Part shown: in pieces, positions 32,815 to 46,785 of the stretch
Numbering within the stretch: position 1 is the stretch's first letter
How the letters are laid out: every line of letters begins with the position of its first letter
Source of the DNA: Eledone cirrhosa
Taxonomy: Eukaryota
Assembly: GCA_964016885.1 (NCBI GenBank)
Contig: OZ024741.1
Location: 359,724,001-359,788,000 of the forward strand
Direction of reading: 5' to 3'
Length of the DNA: 64,000 nucleotides
The notes under the pieces: generated by a model
Database searches by the model: none
What the model saw: only the letters and a program-made list of their open reading frames with translations
Told to the model about the DNA's origin: nothing
Program-made: the position numbers and the translations under genes

Positions 32815-33805
32815 GAAAACTGTAAAGAGTAGTGGTGGAACACAAGGTTAGCTGTAGTAAGTATTTTTGAAACATGAAACATATTCAAATCAAAGAAACA
32901 GTGACATGAGAACTTTACAATAACTTCAACGATTTTGTAACAGAAAAAAAGAAACAGAAATGGAAAAATAAATATATTTAGAGACATAAATTTTATCAAC
33001 AAAATCTCTTCATCTCAAAAGAGATGAAATAGGATATTATTTAAAAGGAAATAAAATAAAAATACATATCTACAACACAACAACAAACAAGCATTTAAAC
33101 ACCATTTTCCCAGCTAAAAGCAGAGTTAATTGTGCAGGCCCCACAAGCTTAATCATACTGTGCGTAACTGGTACACTGCATGTATCCAGTTATGCTGTGT
33201 GTATCATTTAGATTAGGTACACCATATCCTTGCATGTCATAAGTAGTGACTAAAAGGGTTGGTGCCAGGAAGGGTATCTGGCTACAAAAAGACCCAATGA
33301 TGACTATGATTACATGTATTTAAAACGGTCAATAATAAAACCAAATAAAAAACTGCAGAAACAGTTGTTACATTAAAGATTCCCACATGAGCTCATGATT
33401 TTTTTGGTAAAAAGACAGTCAGTTTCTTACGGAAGACTACAGTTAATGCCACTGACAAGGTTTCAGATGTCAGAGGTGTTTCCTAATGTAATATTCTTTG
33501 TCAAGATTGTGTATCTCTCTTCTCAAAGAGATACACAATCCTGACAAAGGGCAATAACCCAGAAACAATATTATCGATCGTTTCTCTCTGGCACTGCTAG
33601 AACAAGGATACCGATGGCCATCGTAAACACAGCATTATGAGGCTGTTTGCTTGCAAATGAATCAAATATTATTATTATTCGATATAAAACTCACAAATGC
33701 ATTTATGTATCCGCTATGTTAGAGTAAAACTAATTTTGTTTTTACAAAAATATTAGTTTTATTGATATAAGTATAATAAAGTCTAAAAATGATAATTAGC
33801 AGTAC

Positions 33806-33864
33806 CTTCTTGTAAATCATTGTGACAAAACACTGCTGGTGAGTTGACTTTTTCAAGGTTGTCC
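33806..33864 (-). CDS. CHKA/B-like: Choline/ethanolamine kinase exon (Brenner motif)
   Basis: 59 bp; poly-T...TTTCAG acceptor, GTACTG donor; DNLEKVNSPAVFCHNDLQEG; phase 2 in, phase 1 out. Confidence 0.92.
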
Positions 33865-33953
33865 CTGAAACAAAAAAAAATATAACATTGAAATACAATT
33901 CGGATTCAATCCCACTGGATGACACTTTGGGTATCTTGAACTATAGCCCTAGA

Positions 33954-34146
33954 CCAACCAATGCCTTGTAAGTGAATTTGGTAGACAGTTTATGTGTGAG
34001 TCAGGGCCTAGTCATTATGAATGCACATTGAGTTGATTCATATCAAAACAATTGTCATAAATGAATAAAGTGGTTGCCATATATGAATAAAATATGATGC
34101 AACCTTCAGACTTCATTCCTGACTACTTTTATTTATATTCTGCAGG
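33954..34146 (+). repeat. 193-bp direct repeat, left copy (right copy 35033-35225)
   Basis: Identical except one substitution seen (CCTGACT vs CCTTACT). Confidence 0.92.
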
Positions 34147-35032
34147 GTCGACAGTTGAGGGCCTGTTGAGCAGGTTGTTGGAGTGCTCTCTCCACCTCAA
34201 GTTGATGCTGCTCTTCTCCTTCAGCAGGATCGAGCCGTCAGCAGACAGCAGCGGTGTGGTGACAGGCTTGGGGGTCCATAGACGTTCCCGATGGCGCTGA
34301 AGAACATCTTGGAGTTCTTTGTGTCAGCGTATCTCTCGACTTCTTCGGCCTTCTTTTCCCACCACTTGTCCTGCATTCTGCGTAACGCTGCTTGAAGCGG
34401 TGCGCATTGAGGTGGAGGAGCTGTCATTCTGCCACTCAATGAAAGCCCTCCTCTTCTCGTCCAGGAGTTGTCTGATGCGCTCATCGTTTTCATCAAACCA
34501 GTCCTGCTGGACTCTCTTCCTCGGCCCAATGGTTGCCTTGGCTGACTATCACCAGCGACCTGAACTGGTCTCGCTGTTCAGTTGGGGGTCTGGTCAGTGG
34601 TCCATGGGCAGTCAGCCGGCCGTCCAGGTCTTCCGCAAACGCATCACGATGCTCTGGCTGCTTGAGTCGTGCGACGTCAAAAGCTGGCCTACAGACTTTC
34701 GGAGTCTTCCGATGCGTCGGGGTGATGTACAGTGACAGGATGGTCCTGACAAGGCGATGGTCGGTCCAACACTCTGCACCACGCATGGCCCTGGTGATTC
34801 TGATGTCACGGATGTCCCTCCTGCAGCATATGGCAAAGTCAATCAGATGCCACTGTTTGGATCTGGGGTGCATTCATGAACTTGTCTGCCTGGCGGAACT
34901 GTGTGCTGGTGAGGTCGTTCTCGGCGCAGAAACTCAACAGTATGAGGATGTTAGAGTTCAGCTTCCCTGTGCCGTGAGGTCACAGCATGCCTCTCCAGTT
35001 GCTGCTGTCAGACCTGACTCTTGCATTGAAGT
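34147..35032 (-). mobile_element. Internal fragment of an RTE-BovB-like LINE (APE C-terminus + linker)
   Basis: DFNAR, HPRSKQWHLIDF, AMRGAECWTDHRLV, WWEKKAEE, RWREH..LLNRPS; frameshifted. Confidence 0.88.
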
Positions 35033-36118
35033 CCAACCAATGCCTTGTAAGTGAATTTGGTAGACAGTTTATGTGTGAGTCAGGGCCTAGTCATTATGAA
35101 TGCACATTGAGTTGATTCATATCAAAACAATTGTCATAAATGAATAAAGTGGTTGCCATATATGAATAAAATATGATGCAACCTTCAGACTTCATTCCTT
35201 ACTACTTTTATTTATATTCTGCAGGTTACAGCTGCCCTTAACTCCTAGCTACATGGAAATATTAACCCTGCACATATTGGACCTTTGGAACAGCATTGAG
35301 TGATCTGACTGGCAAACCACCTGCAACTATTGTTACATGCCTACTGTGTGTGTACCTGTTCATGCATGTGTGTGGTGTTCTTCAGAGTTCAATTTCTCAT
35401 ATATGAAAAATGTTTCTTTCCTTCTCTATTTTTCACTAGTCTGCTTTCTAAACTCAAACACTCCTGTCTTCTCAGTCAATTTGTGTGTCTGTATTAATTA
35501 CTCAATCTAAGTATTTTAAACTATGTCTTTACCAGCTTTACTTCCATATATCTGTTTCTTGAGAAACTTAGAAAAGTCTTATCACTAATGCAAAGAATAA
35601 CAATAGACAAAGAGTTTGAAATAATATGTTGAAATAACAATCAAAGCTACAAAATATCTTCCCAGCAATAATATCCCAACAAGTGTTTTAAGGCCTTTTT
35701 CCCTGCTAAAGCAAGGGTTAGCCTTGCAGTTCCTGTGACAAACTTCTCTATTTCTCCTTAACGTCTGCATTCGAGCTCACCAAGACCCTAGTTTTCATTT
35801 CCTCTTCCATAATCTCTAACAATATCTTTCTTGGTCTGCTTTTTCCTCTACTTCCTTCCATATTCATTTCCATAATAATGTACAAAAATACCTCTCAAAT
35901 CTTTGATTAAATGACAAGATAATTCTTTTCATATAGTTCTTATAACAGATTGGCAGGATAAGTCCCCATCAAAAGACCATCCAGGATGTCAGAGAGGCCA
36001 GTGTATTGAAATTGGGAAGTTCTGATAAGACTTACTAGTTCGAACACCCACAACCTCTTCCATAGAATACAAAGAGAACCTCTACGCCATGGCTTAATTT
36101 GCTAGAAATAGCAAATAT

Positions 36119-37715
36119 CCCTACAGTGATATATCTATAATATAACACTACAGTGATATATCTACATTATAACACTACAGTGATATATCTACATTATAAC
36201 ACTACAGTGATATATCTACATTATAACACTACAGTGATATATCTATAATATAACACTACATTGATATATCCACATTATAACACTACCGTGATATATCCAC
36301 ATTATAACACTACAGTGATATATCCACATTATAATACTACAGTGATATATCTACATTATAATACTACAGTGATATATCTACATTATAATACTACAGTGAT
36401 ATATCTACATTATAACACTACAGCAATATACCCTCTACATTATAATAACAGTGATATATCTATATTACAACACTACAGTGATATACCCTCTACATTATAA
36501 CACTACAGTGATATATCTACATTATAACACTACAGTGATATATCTATAATAGAACACTACATTGATATATCCACATTATAACACTACAGTGATATATCCA
36601 CATTATAACACTACAGTGATATATCCATTGTAACACTACAACAATATACCCTCTACATTATAACAACAGTGATATATCTATATTACAACACTACAGTGAT
36701 ATATCTACATTATAACACTAGTGATATATCTACTTTATAACACTAGTGATATATCTACTTTATAACACTAGTGATATATCTACTTTATAACACTAGTGAT
36801 ATATCTACATTATAACACTAGTGATATATCTACATTATAACACTAGTGATATATCTACATTATAACACTAGTGATATATCTACATTATAACACTACAGTG
36901 ATATATCTACATTATAATACTACAGTGATATATCTATATTATAACACTACAGTGATATATCCACATTATAACACTACAGTGATATATCCACATTATAACA
37001 CTACAGTGATATATCCACATTATAACACTACAGTGATATATCCACATTATAACACTACAGTGATATATCCACATTATAACACTACAGTGATATATCCACA
37101 TTATAACACTACAGTGATATATCCACATTATAACACTAGTGATATACCCTCTACATTATAATAACAGTGATATATCTATATTACAACACTACAGTGATAT
37201 ATCACCTACATTATAACACTACAGTGATATATCTACATTATAACACTACAGTGATATATCTACATTATAGCACTACAGTGATATATCTACATTATAACAC
37301 TACAGTGATATATCCATTGTAACACTACAACAATATACCCTCTACATTATAACAACAGTGATATATCTATATTACAACACTACAGTGATATAACAACATT
37401 ATAACACTAGTGATATATCTACTTTATAACACTAGTGATATATCTACTTTATAACACTAGTGATATATCTACATTATAACACTAGTGATATATCTACATT
37501 ATAACACTAGTGATATATCTACATTATAACACTACAGTGATATATCCACATTATAACACTACAGTGATATATCCACATTATAATACTATAGTGATATATC
37601 AATATTATAACACTACAATAGTACACCACCTACATTATAAAACTAATGATATATTTACATTATAACACTATAGCAATGCAACATATATATAACACCACAC
37701 TGGTACAATACCTAC
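36119..37715. repeat. 27-bp minisatellite (CTACAGTGATATATCYACATTATAACA) with 24-bp variants
   Basis: Tandem units read directly; the YPHYNTTVI periodicity in the ORF track matches 27 bp. Confidence 0.95.
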
Positions 37716-37823
37716 ATTAAATCATGCATTTCCTTCTCAAGATTCTTAGGTAGAATCTTGCGTAACTCTTCATCTTTCCACAAACCATTACAAAGAAAGG
37801 CCTCTTTCACTTCACTGAGCCAC
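37716..37823 (-). CDS. CHKA/B-like: Choline/ethanolamine kinase exon
   Basis: 108 bp; TTTCCTCTGTTTCAG acceptor, GTAGGT donor; WLSEVKEAF...PKNLEKEMHDL; phase 2/2 bridges the neighbouring exons in frame. Confidence 0.85.
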
Positions 37824-38239
37824 CTGAAACAGAGGAAATAGGATGATTATATTACTAAGTTTCTCCAAATTCATTATTTTCCAAATAATTCGAAAATCAT
37901 AGGCAGTATCTTTCATTAGAAATATAGTAGCAGAAGGGTTAAACAACACCATTGCTGATGCAGATTGCAGGCATTTTCATTTCCTTCCTCACACATGTAT
38001 ATAATGCTGCAACAATAGCATCATCAGTTTACAATAAGTATTTAAAGCATGATTATTAACCTTGCAGTGCCGCACGACAGACTTCATACTCACAATGGAG
38101 TCCCTTTTTTTGAGTTAAGGGGATTGGTTTACTGCCAGATAATCTTCCTTTTAGTTAACATGCAAGGATAGGTGTACCTATTTTTAAACAGATATACACA
38201 GTATTAGTAACATCTAGTTCATTTGCATCACAGAATTCC

Positions 38240-38376
38240 AGGAGAGCTGACCTCAAATCATTAAGACACACAGAGATTATGACAAAGGATCGCAATGTGT
38301 GGAGAGATGCTGTACTGAGAAGGACTCATCCAACCCATGTAAGCGTGGAAAAGCAGACTTAAGAACGATGATGATG
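38240..38376 (+). mobile_element. RTE 3' terminal fragment
   Basis: DLKSLR..EIMTKDRNVWRDAVL remnant followed by the shared tail and (GAT)n. Confidence 0.7.
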
Positions 38377-38929
38377 TTTCAATAGTAGAATACAAATAAT
38401 TGTTGATCACAGATGTCATGGTTGGTTGTTTATTATCGTTTTTAAAAGAAATGATACATTTTATGTCTTCAAATAAGAAGTTTATTTGCACCAACAGCCT
38501 GATTTTGGAAGAGCAACAGTATGTGAAGAGTACAAATAATCATTATAATTCTATTATGAGGTATATAGATAGCCTTTTTTACAATATGTATTCTAGTAAA
38601 AATACTATAAACATTTGAATTGAAAAAAACCCATTTTTAGATTTTTCTGTTTAAATTACTACAAAATGTTAAGAGTTATTTCCCCATTGCACCTCCAAAT
38701 ATATAAATGCCTAGACTTTAGATTAAAGTAGATTTGTTCAACCTCTAACCAAATGACAGACAATAGTTAACATCAAAATGCTAAATACTAAAAGATGTGC
38801 TGACTATCTCTTTATAAATAGCAGTGTAATCTCAGCTGTATACAGGTATGTTAAATAATTTGGGCTCTGCTGCATAAGATATCTCCCACATTGAATGTAA
38901 CTTGGCTAAGCTATAAACTAGGCTTAGAA

Positions 38930-40122
38930 GTATTGTACGCGGCTGCAGAAGCTGCTAAGGCCACCCGGATCACTGATGGCGGCTTATGGGTGGATGTTGT
39001 TTACCTTGACTGCGAAAGCTTTCAATTCTGTGCCACACAAAAGGCTTATGGCAAAGCTCTCTGCAATGGGTGTGAAGGATGATCTGTTCTTGGCCCCCTT
39101 TTGTTTGTGGCATATATTAATGACATAGATGCCAACTTAAAGAATGCCACAGTACTGAAATACGCAGATGACATCAAGCTGTACCTTGAGATAAAAAGGA
39201 CAGATCCTGAACACTATAGATCTTGCTTGCAGTCTGACCTGGACACAATGCAACAATGGATCACAGACTGGCAACTGAAGCTAGCTGTGGACAAGTGTAC
39301 CACCATGCATTTTGGGAGTAAAAACCCAGCGTCCACATACTCCCTCCACAGCACTAATATCAAGAAGTCTTCTTGTGAACGTGACCTGGGCATTACGGTC
39401 AGCAGTGATTTGCATTGGACGAAGCACGTCTCTAAAATTGTCAAGAGGGCCGAGGGTGTCTTAGCATCACTCAGCAAGACCTTTGTCAGCTGCTCTCCAG
39501 CTATCTATTTAAAGCTGTACATGGCTATGGTGCGGCCACACTTAGAATTTGCATCACCAGTCTGGAACCCCTATCTTGCTCAGAACATTGACCGCCTGGA
39601 AACTGTTCAGAGACGTGCAACCAAGCGAATACCCTCCATCAGGCATCTACCATACTCTGAACGCCTTGCTTCCCTGGGCATGGATACATTGAAGCTCCGA
39701 CGCCTGGCAACTAACTTGGTAAACACCCACAAAATTATTAACCATCTTGCCAACAACAACCCTGAGTACCTTTTTGATTTCCATGTGTCTAACACACGTG
39801 GACATGCCCACAAAGTCAGAAAACATCACTGTTCCCATGACTTTCGGAAACATTTTTTCACGCTCAGAGTTGCTGAAGCATGGAACAAACTACCTGCATC
39901 AGTTGTTAGCTGTCGAGACACTGTATCCTTTAAAACCTCCATGCCTCTCGAGATTCGCCAACACTACACCTAATGTTCCCCCATACACATACACACATGT
40001 ATATCATGACTCATACACTATTCACTTCCCTGACATTTGTATATTATTCTATGTACTATACATGCACCTTTGATGAGTTGTAGTGCACCTGAGCACTTTA
40101 CACAATAATTTCATTATTATAA
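38930..40122 (+). mobile_element. 5'-truncated CR1-clade LINE
   Basis: VDVVYLD, YINDI, KYADDIKL, ERDLGI, VRPHLEFASPVWNPY, VQRRATK, TRGH, FFTLRVAEAWNKLP (ORF 39101-39973); 3' UTR ends in (ATT)n. Confidence 0.88.
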
Positions 40123-42246
40123 TACCGATGACCGACATGCCATATAGATGCTGACTTACCATTTGCCACAAAAAATTCTATATGGCTGCTATATCTAAAG
40201 TTGTATTACAAGCAGAGCTGTTTTTTTGGGGGGTGAGAGGTCAACTTTATTCAACAAATTTCAATTTGAGTATATAATGTTTACATAAAAAAAAAAAAAC
40301 GAAAAAAAAATAGGAAATATAAATAGCGAAAGTAAGAGAAAGCCTAGGCAGTATATCTCAGCTTTGCCCCATGGTCAAAATAGTGAAGGTATTGCCTCAG
40401 AGAACAAATAGCCAGCAACAACCATTGCATCAGCTACTCCAGCACACAGGGCTCCTTTTTTAAGCAGGATGCATGCCTCACCATTTTATGTAGGAAAATA
40501 CTAATTTTTAAGACCAGTAAAAAACATTATTAAAGTGGGCAGCATACATATGAACTACTGTGGGGCTACTACATTAACTGTTATTTCAACTGGTGAAGAC
40601 TGTGACATCAACAAGTGAAGCAGCTAGCAAGCAAATGTATGCTAAAAGAAAACTTCCTAGATCTCTCCAAGTAATTTTGTTATCGTAATCCTTGTTTAAC
40701 ATTCATATCAAAAATAATAGTGCTGGTGCCACAATAAAATGCATCTAGTACACGCTGTGACATGGTTGGCACAAGCAAGTGTATCCAACTGTAGAAACCA
40801 TGCTAGAATGAGCATCACAAAATCATCTGGTATGTCTGGCCTTAGAACGTGACAACCTGTCTAACCCATACAAGACGTAAACTGATGATGACAATGATAA
40901 TGATGATGTAGCACTGAGATGAAAGCTTTTGTCCAAGTCTGCAGTAAGCATTGTATAATTTGAACAAATGGCATACGTAATCTTCAAAGGGCAGCCAAGC
41001 CATAAAAAGAAGGGGGTGTTGTTAAGGTAGCTCAATACTGACTACAATGGTCAAAGTTCAAACTTTGCTGATAGCATTGAATTGTCTTCTTAGATAATAC
41101 ATTTTATTCAGTTTACTTTTTGTCTTCTGAGGCAAGACACTTTACTCAGCTTACTTTATGTCTTTTTAGGCAAGACACTTTACTTGGCATATTTCTGTTT
41201 GAAAATTTGTCATTCTTTCTTTACACCAGAATTGTTTGTTTAGCAATCAAATAAGCATTCTGTTAATACTTTAACATCTAAACCGGCCGTATCTGGCTAG
41301 AATTCTCTCACCGCTTTAAGTTCAAACTGGGCATAACTGGCTGCTCATACTGATGTTAAGGTATTGTTCTTAAAATAAATAATATCAAAATCTCATAGAT
41401 TCGATATCATGTGAGATAAAGCCTTTACTATGAAAATACAACAGTAAATATAGAGTATTGTAAATGTTACAGGGTTAAACCATCAACGGAAATGTAAATG
41501 TCAAAATTCATAAAACATGCCCACCCCAGCTAATATGGCAATATAGTCAGGTAATATGTGACTTTGGCCACATTAAAGCTGGTCACATATCAGTGGTTTG
41601 GCCCACATGCTTTAATCCCAAATTCATTTTAGAGAAATTAATCATACATATACATATATTATTTTAAAAAACATAATACATATTCATACATGTTTTGGTA
41701 TACACCATCATCATCATTATTTAACATCTGTTTTCTCTGCTAGCAAGGGCTGGATCGAACAGCAAAAAAAATACTCAATAATAATAGTCAATCTCTAAAT
41801 AAATGAGAAAACTGGATAAAGTACCACTAGAGATGGAAAAACGTGAGGATGCACATATTTTGAATTTCAAATTTTTCCAATGCTTCTTAAGTCAGCTGCT
41901 TTGTTTACACTCAATACACGTGTTAATTTATTTAATCATTTGAAGGTGATGATCCACTCTGTCAATACTCGGTTTCTTGTGATCAGGTATTTGTTAACCT
42001 GAGAAACTCAGAAAAACAATAGACATGAGTAGCTATGAATGAATAAAATATATATGAAAAATACACAATCATAAATATACAGACTCCTGGCTAATCCAAA
42101 GGGTCAGTGCCTCACCATGAGTACCAGCCTGATCTGCTGATGACCCATCGAACACTTGCTAGCTAGGAAATCAGACATTAAACGATTATGATGATGATGT
42201 TGATACATATAGAATAGTTAGAGCAATGAATGTTTATATAACTCAC

Positions 42247-42380
42247 CGGTACATAACATCATACAACCATTTGGGTCTCTTACATAAAGGCATTTCCAAG
42301 GTGTGAAAATAACCCAATTTTGTTGCAATACCTTTAAATATCACTGGATTGAGAAGATCACTTCTTGAAAGACAACGAGC
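42247..42380 (-). CDS. CHKA/B-like: Choline/ethanolamine kinase exon
   Basis: 134 bp; TTTATAG acceptor, GTGAGT donor; ARCLSRSDLLNPVIFKGIATKLGYFHTLEMPLCKRPKWLYDVMY; phase 0 in, phase 2 out. Confidence 0.92.
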
Positions 42381-42919
42381 CTATAAAGAAACAACAATCA
42401 CATTTTACTTAACCCTTTTATAAAAATATGGTTTCTAAGGGTTTTGTTTTTACATCAATTGACTATGTGTTTCAATAAATTTTTCAAACTCAAGAATTTT
42501 GAAACTAATTACAACTAACTGGTTTATTAAGCTGCATCTGTCTACTATATAAAGATACTATAAATATTTGAATCAAACCCATTTAAAAATATTTTCTACT
42601 AAATCATTACAGCATGTTAACAGCTGATTCAAATTAAACAGCAATCAAACAAAACCTTATCCACCCTCCACATATTCTCTAACTCAGTCAAAGAACTTAT
42701 GATTTCTATATTGATCACTAGGGCTAATTTAGGCATGAGGCTAGCAATTTTGAGGGAAGAGAAAGTCGATTATATTGTCCCAGTACTTTACTGGTACTTT
42801 ATTTTATCAACCACAAGTTGACCTTGGTGGGATTTGAACTAAGAACAAAGAACCAGAACAAATACTGGCAAGTATTTGTCTTCTGCTCTAATAACTATAA
42901 TATCAATACTAAAATCTAT

Positions 42920-44866
42920 AGTAAGTGTGGAGGAGGTTTCTTATTACAAAGTCAGCGGATGGTCTGCCAGATCACTTTATTTTCTGATCTGAAGTCAGAT
43001 TCCAGCTTAACCCCAAAGCCCTCCCATGTCTTAACTTTGGATGCTTTTACTGTCTCTGCTGCAATTTTTTATGCCTGCTTGTACCGCAGGTGCAAGGAGG
43101 AGGACTTATTTCCAAGCCAAGCTTTATAAGCCTCCTTCTTTGATCGTATAGGATTTTTGACATCTTGATTGAACCAAGTGGTCCTCCTGCCAAGCCTCTT
43201 TTGCCTATAGCATTTCACAGCTAAAGCAGAAACTGCTGCGCAGAACAATCTCCACTCTCTCAACGTCCTCAGTTTGTTCAGAGAGTTCTCTGAATTTGGA
43301 TGCAATAGTATCTGCATACCTGCTATCAAGAATGTGTCTGGGGTTCTACTCTCTTCAGAGAGGTGCATCTCACAAGGTGAAGAGAATACTTTGCTGAGCT
43401 CCTAAACCTGATCACAACAGCAACTTCAAGTGTACCCAAGGTGCTTCGGGGAGCGGTAACTAATCTCACAGAGGTTGAGGTCACAAGAGCAATTAAAGAG
43501 CTCAAATGTGGCAAAACTGCTGAAAAAGATGAAATCCGGCCTGAGATGTTAAAAGCCTTAAATAGAGAAGGTATTCTCTGGCTGACTCATGTGTGCCAGG
43601 TGGCCTGGATCTCTGGAAAGGCACCTAAGCTATGGTAATCAGGAGTGATAATCCCAATTTTTAAAATGGGAGACAAGAGAGATTGTTCCAATTATAGAGG
43701 GATCTCCGGTAAATCTATGCTAAATGTCTAGCAAAGAGAAGCAGGGAGATTGTCAAGTCCCAGCTAGCTGATGAATAGTGCAGTCTTTACCCAGGATGCA
43801 ACACAACTAAACAAATATTCACACTGCAGTAGGTATTTGAGAAATCATGTGAGTATTGCCAAGAAGTATGTTCTTGTTTTGTTGATCTTGAGAAGGCATA
43901 TGACTTGTTATGGAAGGCTTTGCAGGAGTATGAGATTCATGGTCAACTTCTTGCTGCCCTGATGTCTCTATACGAATGCCCGAATATTTGTGTGCAGATA
44001 AATGGTGCTAAATCAAAACCATTCAATGTGGGAGTCAGACTCCACCAAGGGTATGTATTGTCACCTCTCCTGTTCATTATTTACAAGAACAGGATGGACA
44101 TGTGCAGCCAGTTTGGAATTTGTATCATCATTGGCAGGTATAAAATCAGTTGGCTGGAATTTGCAGACTACATTGCATTAATTAACTGGACAGAAGATGA
44201 TCTTCGACTTGCATTTGATAGGTTTGATGCCAAGTGCTGCATGGTTGGAATGAAAATCAATGCTGCAAAAACAGACACTCGACCTCTCAAGGAAACCTGT
44301 GCAGTGCACTCTACACATGAATGGAATTCCACTGAAGCAGGTGGAGAAGTTCAAGTATCTCGGGGCTGTGTTCATGAGTGATGGAAGGCAAGAGGTTGAA
44401 TTAAGTGCAAGAATTGCAAAAGCTGGTGCAGCAATGGGCCAGCTTCAGCAATCAGAAGAAAGGAGGTAGGCATAAAAACCAAACTCGTATTCCATTCAGT
44501 TTTCCTGACATCCCTTATCTATGGTCATGAATCTTGGGTAATGACCAAAAGAATACGATCACAAATACAAGCGGCCAAAATGGGATTCCTCCATTGAGTT
44601 ATCACAGCTCCGATACTATAGGCATGTGGTTAGAATGTTTCAGGAAAGAATTGCTAGACTATTTTAAGAACAAAACCAACTGGTAAGAGACCCAGAGGTA
44701 GACCCCGAGCAACATGGTTGGATAATATCCATGAGCTTGGCTGCTCACACTTGGGGATTCAGCCATATCAGTTGGAGACGGTTGCTTCTGACAGGACCTG
44801 CTAGAGGGAGTGTGAAGACTCTACCCCCACGACTCTCTCATGAATAAGTAAGTGAAGAAGAAGAAA
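42920..44866 (+). mobile_element. Decayed RTE (Expander-like) LINE with inverted 5' segment
   Basis: Plus: GKTAEKDEIRPEMLK, NYRGIS, HQGYVLSPLLF, FADY, FKYLG, RPRGRP, (GAA)n tail. About 42930-43300 encodes the upstream linker on minus. Confidence 0.82.
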
Positions 44867-45198
44867 ACTAAAAACTATTAATATAAAATACATATAAAAT
44901 CAATGAATGAATGATTAGAAGCAAGGTCCAATAGCTGAGAGTTTAAGTGCTGGTCAACTGATTAGTCATTGGATGTAAGGTCCACTGCTGTGGTTGTGTC
45001 AGACAACCTAAATAAAATAGAAAATCCATTCTCACTGAGTAGGTGAATGGTTGTTAGAGAATAGAAAAGGTATCCATGTATGACATAAACAATTGCTCAA
45101 GTAATATTCAAATAGAATTCCATTGATGCCAATATGGGCAAATTGGAGGCAAGAACAGTAAAACAAAAAACAAAAAAAAATCCAATAGTCTTTCTTAC

Positions 45199-45427
45199 AG
45201 GAATGTATTCTTCAAGTCTTCCATCTGGGAAAGCACCAAACAATTTGGGGCCAAGACACTTTTCTGAAAGTATAGCAAATATTACAGAGTTTCTCACTAC
45301 AAAGCCAGCACTTGTTTTTGCTATGTGTCCATATACTCGTAGTAGTACTTTACGTGGTTCATCTGGCCTCAACACTGGAATTTCATTTGGAAGAGAACAA
45401 ATATACAGATAATTGGTCAGTCCACCA
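45199..45427 (-). CDS. CHKA/B-like: Choline/ethanolamine kinase exon
   Basis: 229 bp; TTTTTCAG acceptor, GTAAGA donor; GGLTNYLY...PRKVLLRVYG...SVIFAILSEKCLGPKLFGAFPDGRLEEYIP. Confidence 0.95.
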
Positions 45428-45724
45428 CTGAAAAATAGAAACATATAAGGAATTATTAAACAACCATTTATTATGTACACATTTTGTCAGTATATTGTTA
45501 TATGTCACAGCAGTCTAATCAATACTGCCAGGCATATCAACAGTTACATCAGGTCGATAATTTTAAAAATGACCTATATCTATTTTAGCTTTGTGACATG
45601 TTAAGTTCCACAACTATAACACATGTCATTTTTTTAAATCATATATTTGACAAAATTCAACTATATAATAAAAATACAGACTGCATACACAAATGTGCGC
45701 ACTCACATAAATGTATTTTGACTG

Positions 45725-46200
45725 CCACCATCATTTTTACATCAGCTTTTTCATATTTGTATGGATTAGATGAGTTTTTTTTTTACATTTTTCTCTTTCC
45801 TTTGTCATATCATTTGTGAAGCTAAGCATCCTGAGGTCAGCTTTCACCACTTCTGCCCACATTACATGTCTATACCTGTGCAACCTTCTGTCCTATGTGC
45901 TACATCTGATTATTCTTATACCTAGATTTCTCTCAACTCTTCTCTGCTTCATTGTTCATGCATGCTGACACTACACATCCAATGGAACATGCTCCATTTA
46001 TTCCTCTCCAGCCTTTGCATTCACCATCCATGTTTTACTTGCCATCAACATCATACTTTACATTCTGACATAATCCTCCATTTGCAGGGAGAGAGAATTC
46101 CTTTGTTGCAAATAGAGGTAATAGCTCCCTGAACATTTTTTACTGTTTATATTATAGCTAATAAACTTTCAGAGCAACCACATTAACAGCTAATTATATT
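45725..46200 (-). mobile_element. Old RTE 3' remnant
   Basis: FRELLPLFATKEFSL and MFHWMCSVS remnants; degenerate tail near 45730-45770. Confidence 0.6.
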
Positions 46201-46529
46201 ACTCTGCAGACTATTCTAGGTCTTTAATTATACCTTCAACTCCATAACTGTCTAATTATCACACAGATGGTGTCCCGGATATAATTATATTGTTGATACT
46301 TAATTTGCCTTATTTCATGAATGAGTGATTAGCAATAGAAAAAATAATCTTAAGTATGAAAAAAAATACATTTAAAACAAGAAAAACATTTTGTGTGAAA
46401 ACAAAACCTAGCTCAAATTCATTTGACTTTGTTTATATAATATTACATTCTAAACAGTCAAGGTAGATAAAAATTCATTTGAAGAAAGTTTACATTAATT
46501 ACACAACTTAATCTTTCTAAATAGTTCTT

Positions 46530-46785
46530 TTAAACCTTTTAGTACTAACCCCACGTGAAACTGTATAGGCTTATCTAATACCAAAACTTGTTTTTATTAA
46601 AATGTTCATATTTAAATTACAACCTTCCATCACAATCTCATTTACAAAACTGTTTATGTTTTTTTTTTCAAAAATGACAAGGTTAGTTATCCTAAAACAC
46701 GGCACAATCTTAGTTACTTAGAAAGCTAATTGAAACGACAGGCAGTAAATATATTTTATTAGAAATATGGTTATAAAGGTGTTAA
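46530..46785. mobile_element. Putative non-autonomous DNA transposon family with TTAA ends (related pieces at 37855-37942, 42410-42540, 47780-47971)
   Basis: Shared terminus ATTAGAAATATRGT...AAGGGTTAA in several copies; TTAACCC end suggests piggyBac type. Confidence 0.4.

Noticed and set aside
36119-37715. CRISPR-like array (also 49937-50433 and 51155-51932)
   Set aside because: Head-to-tail units with no unique spacers, eukaryotic context, no cas genes.
41820-41998. Extra kinase exon after a CTCAG acceptor
   Set aside because: Early stops in all frames; exon 37823-37716 already supplies the in-phase link.
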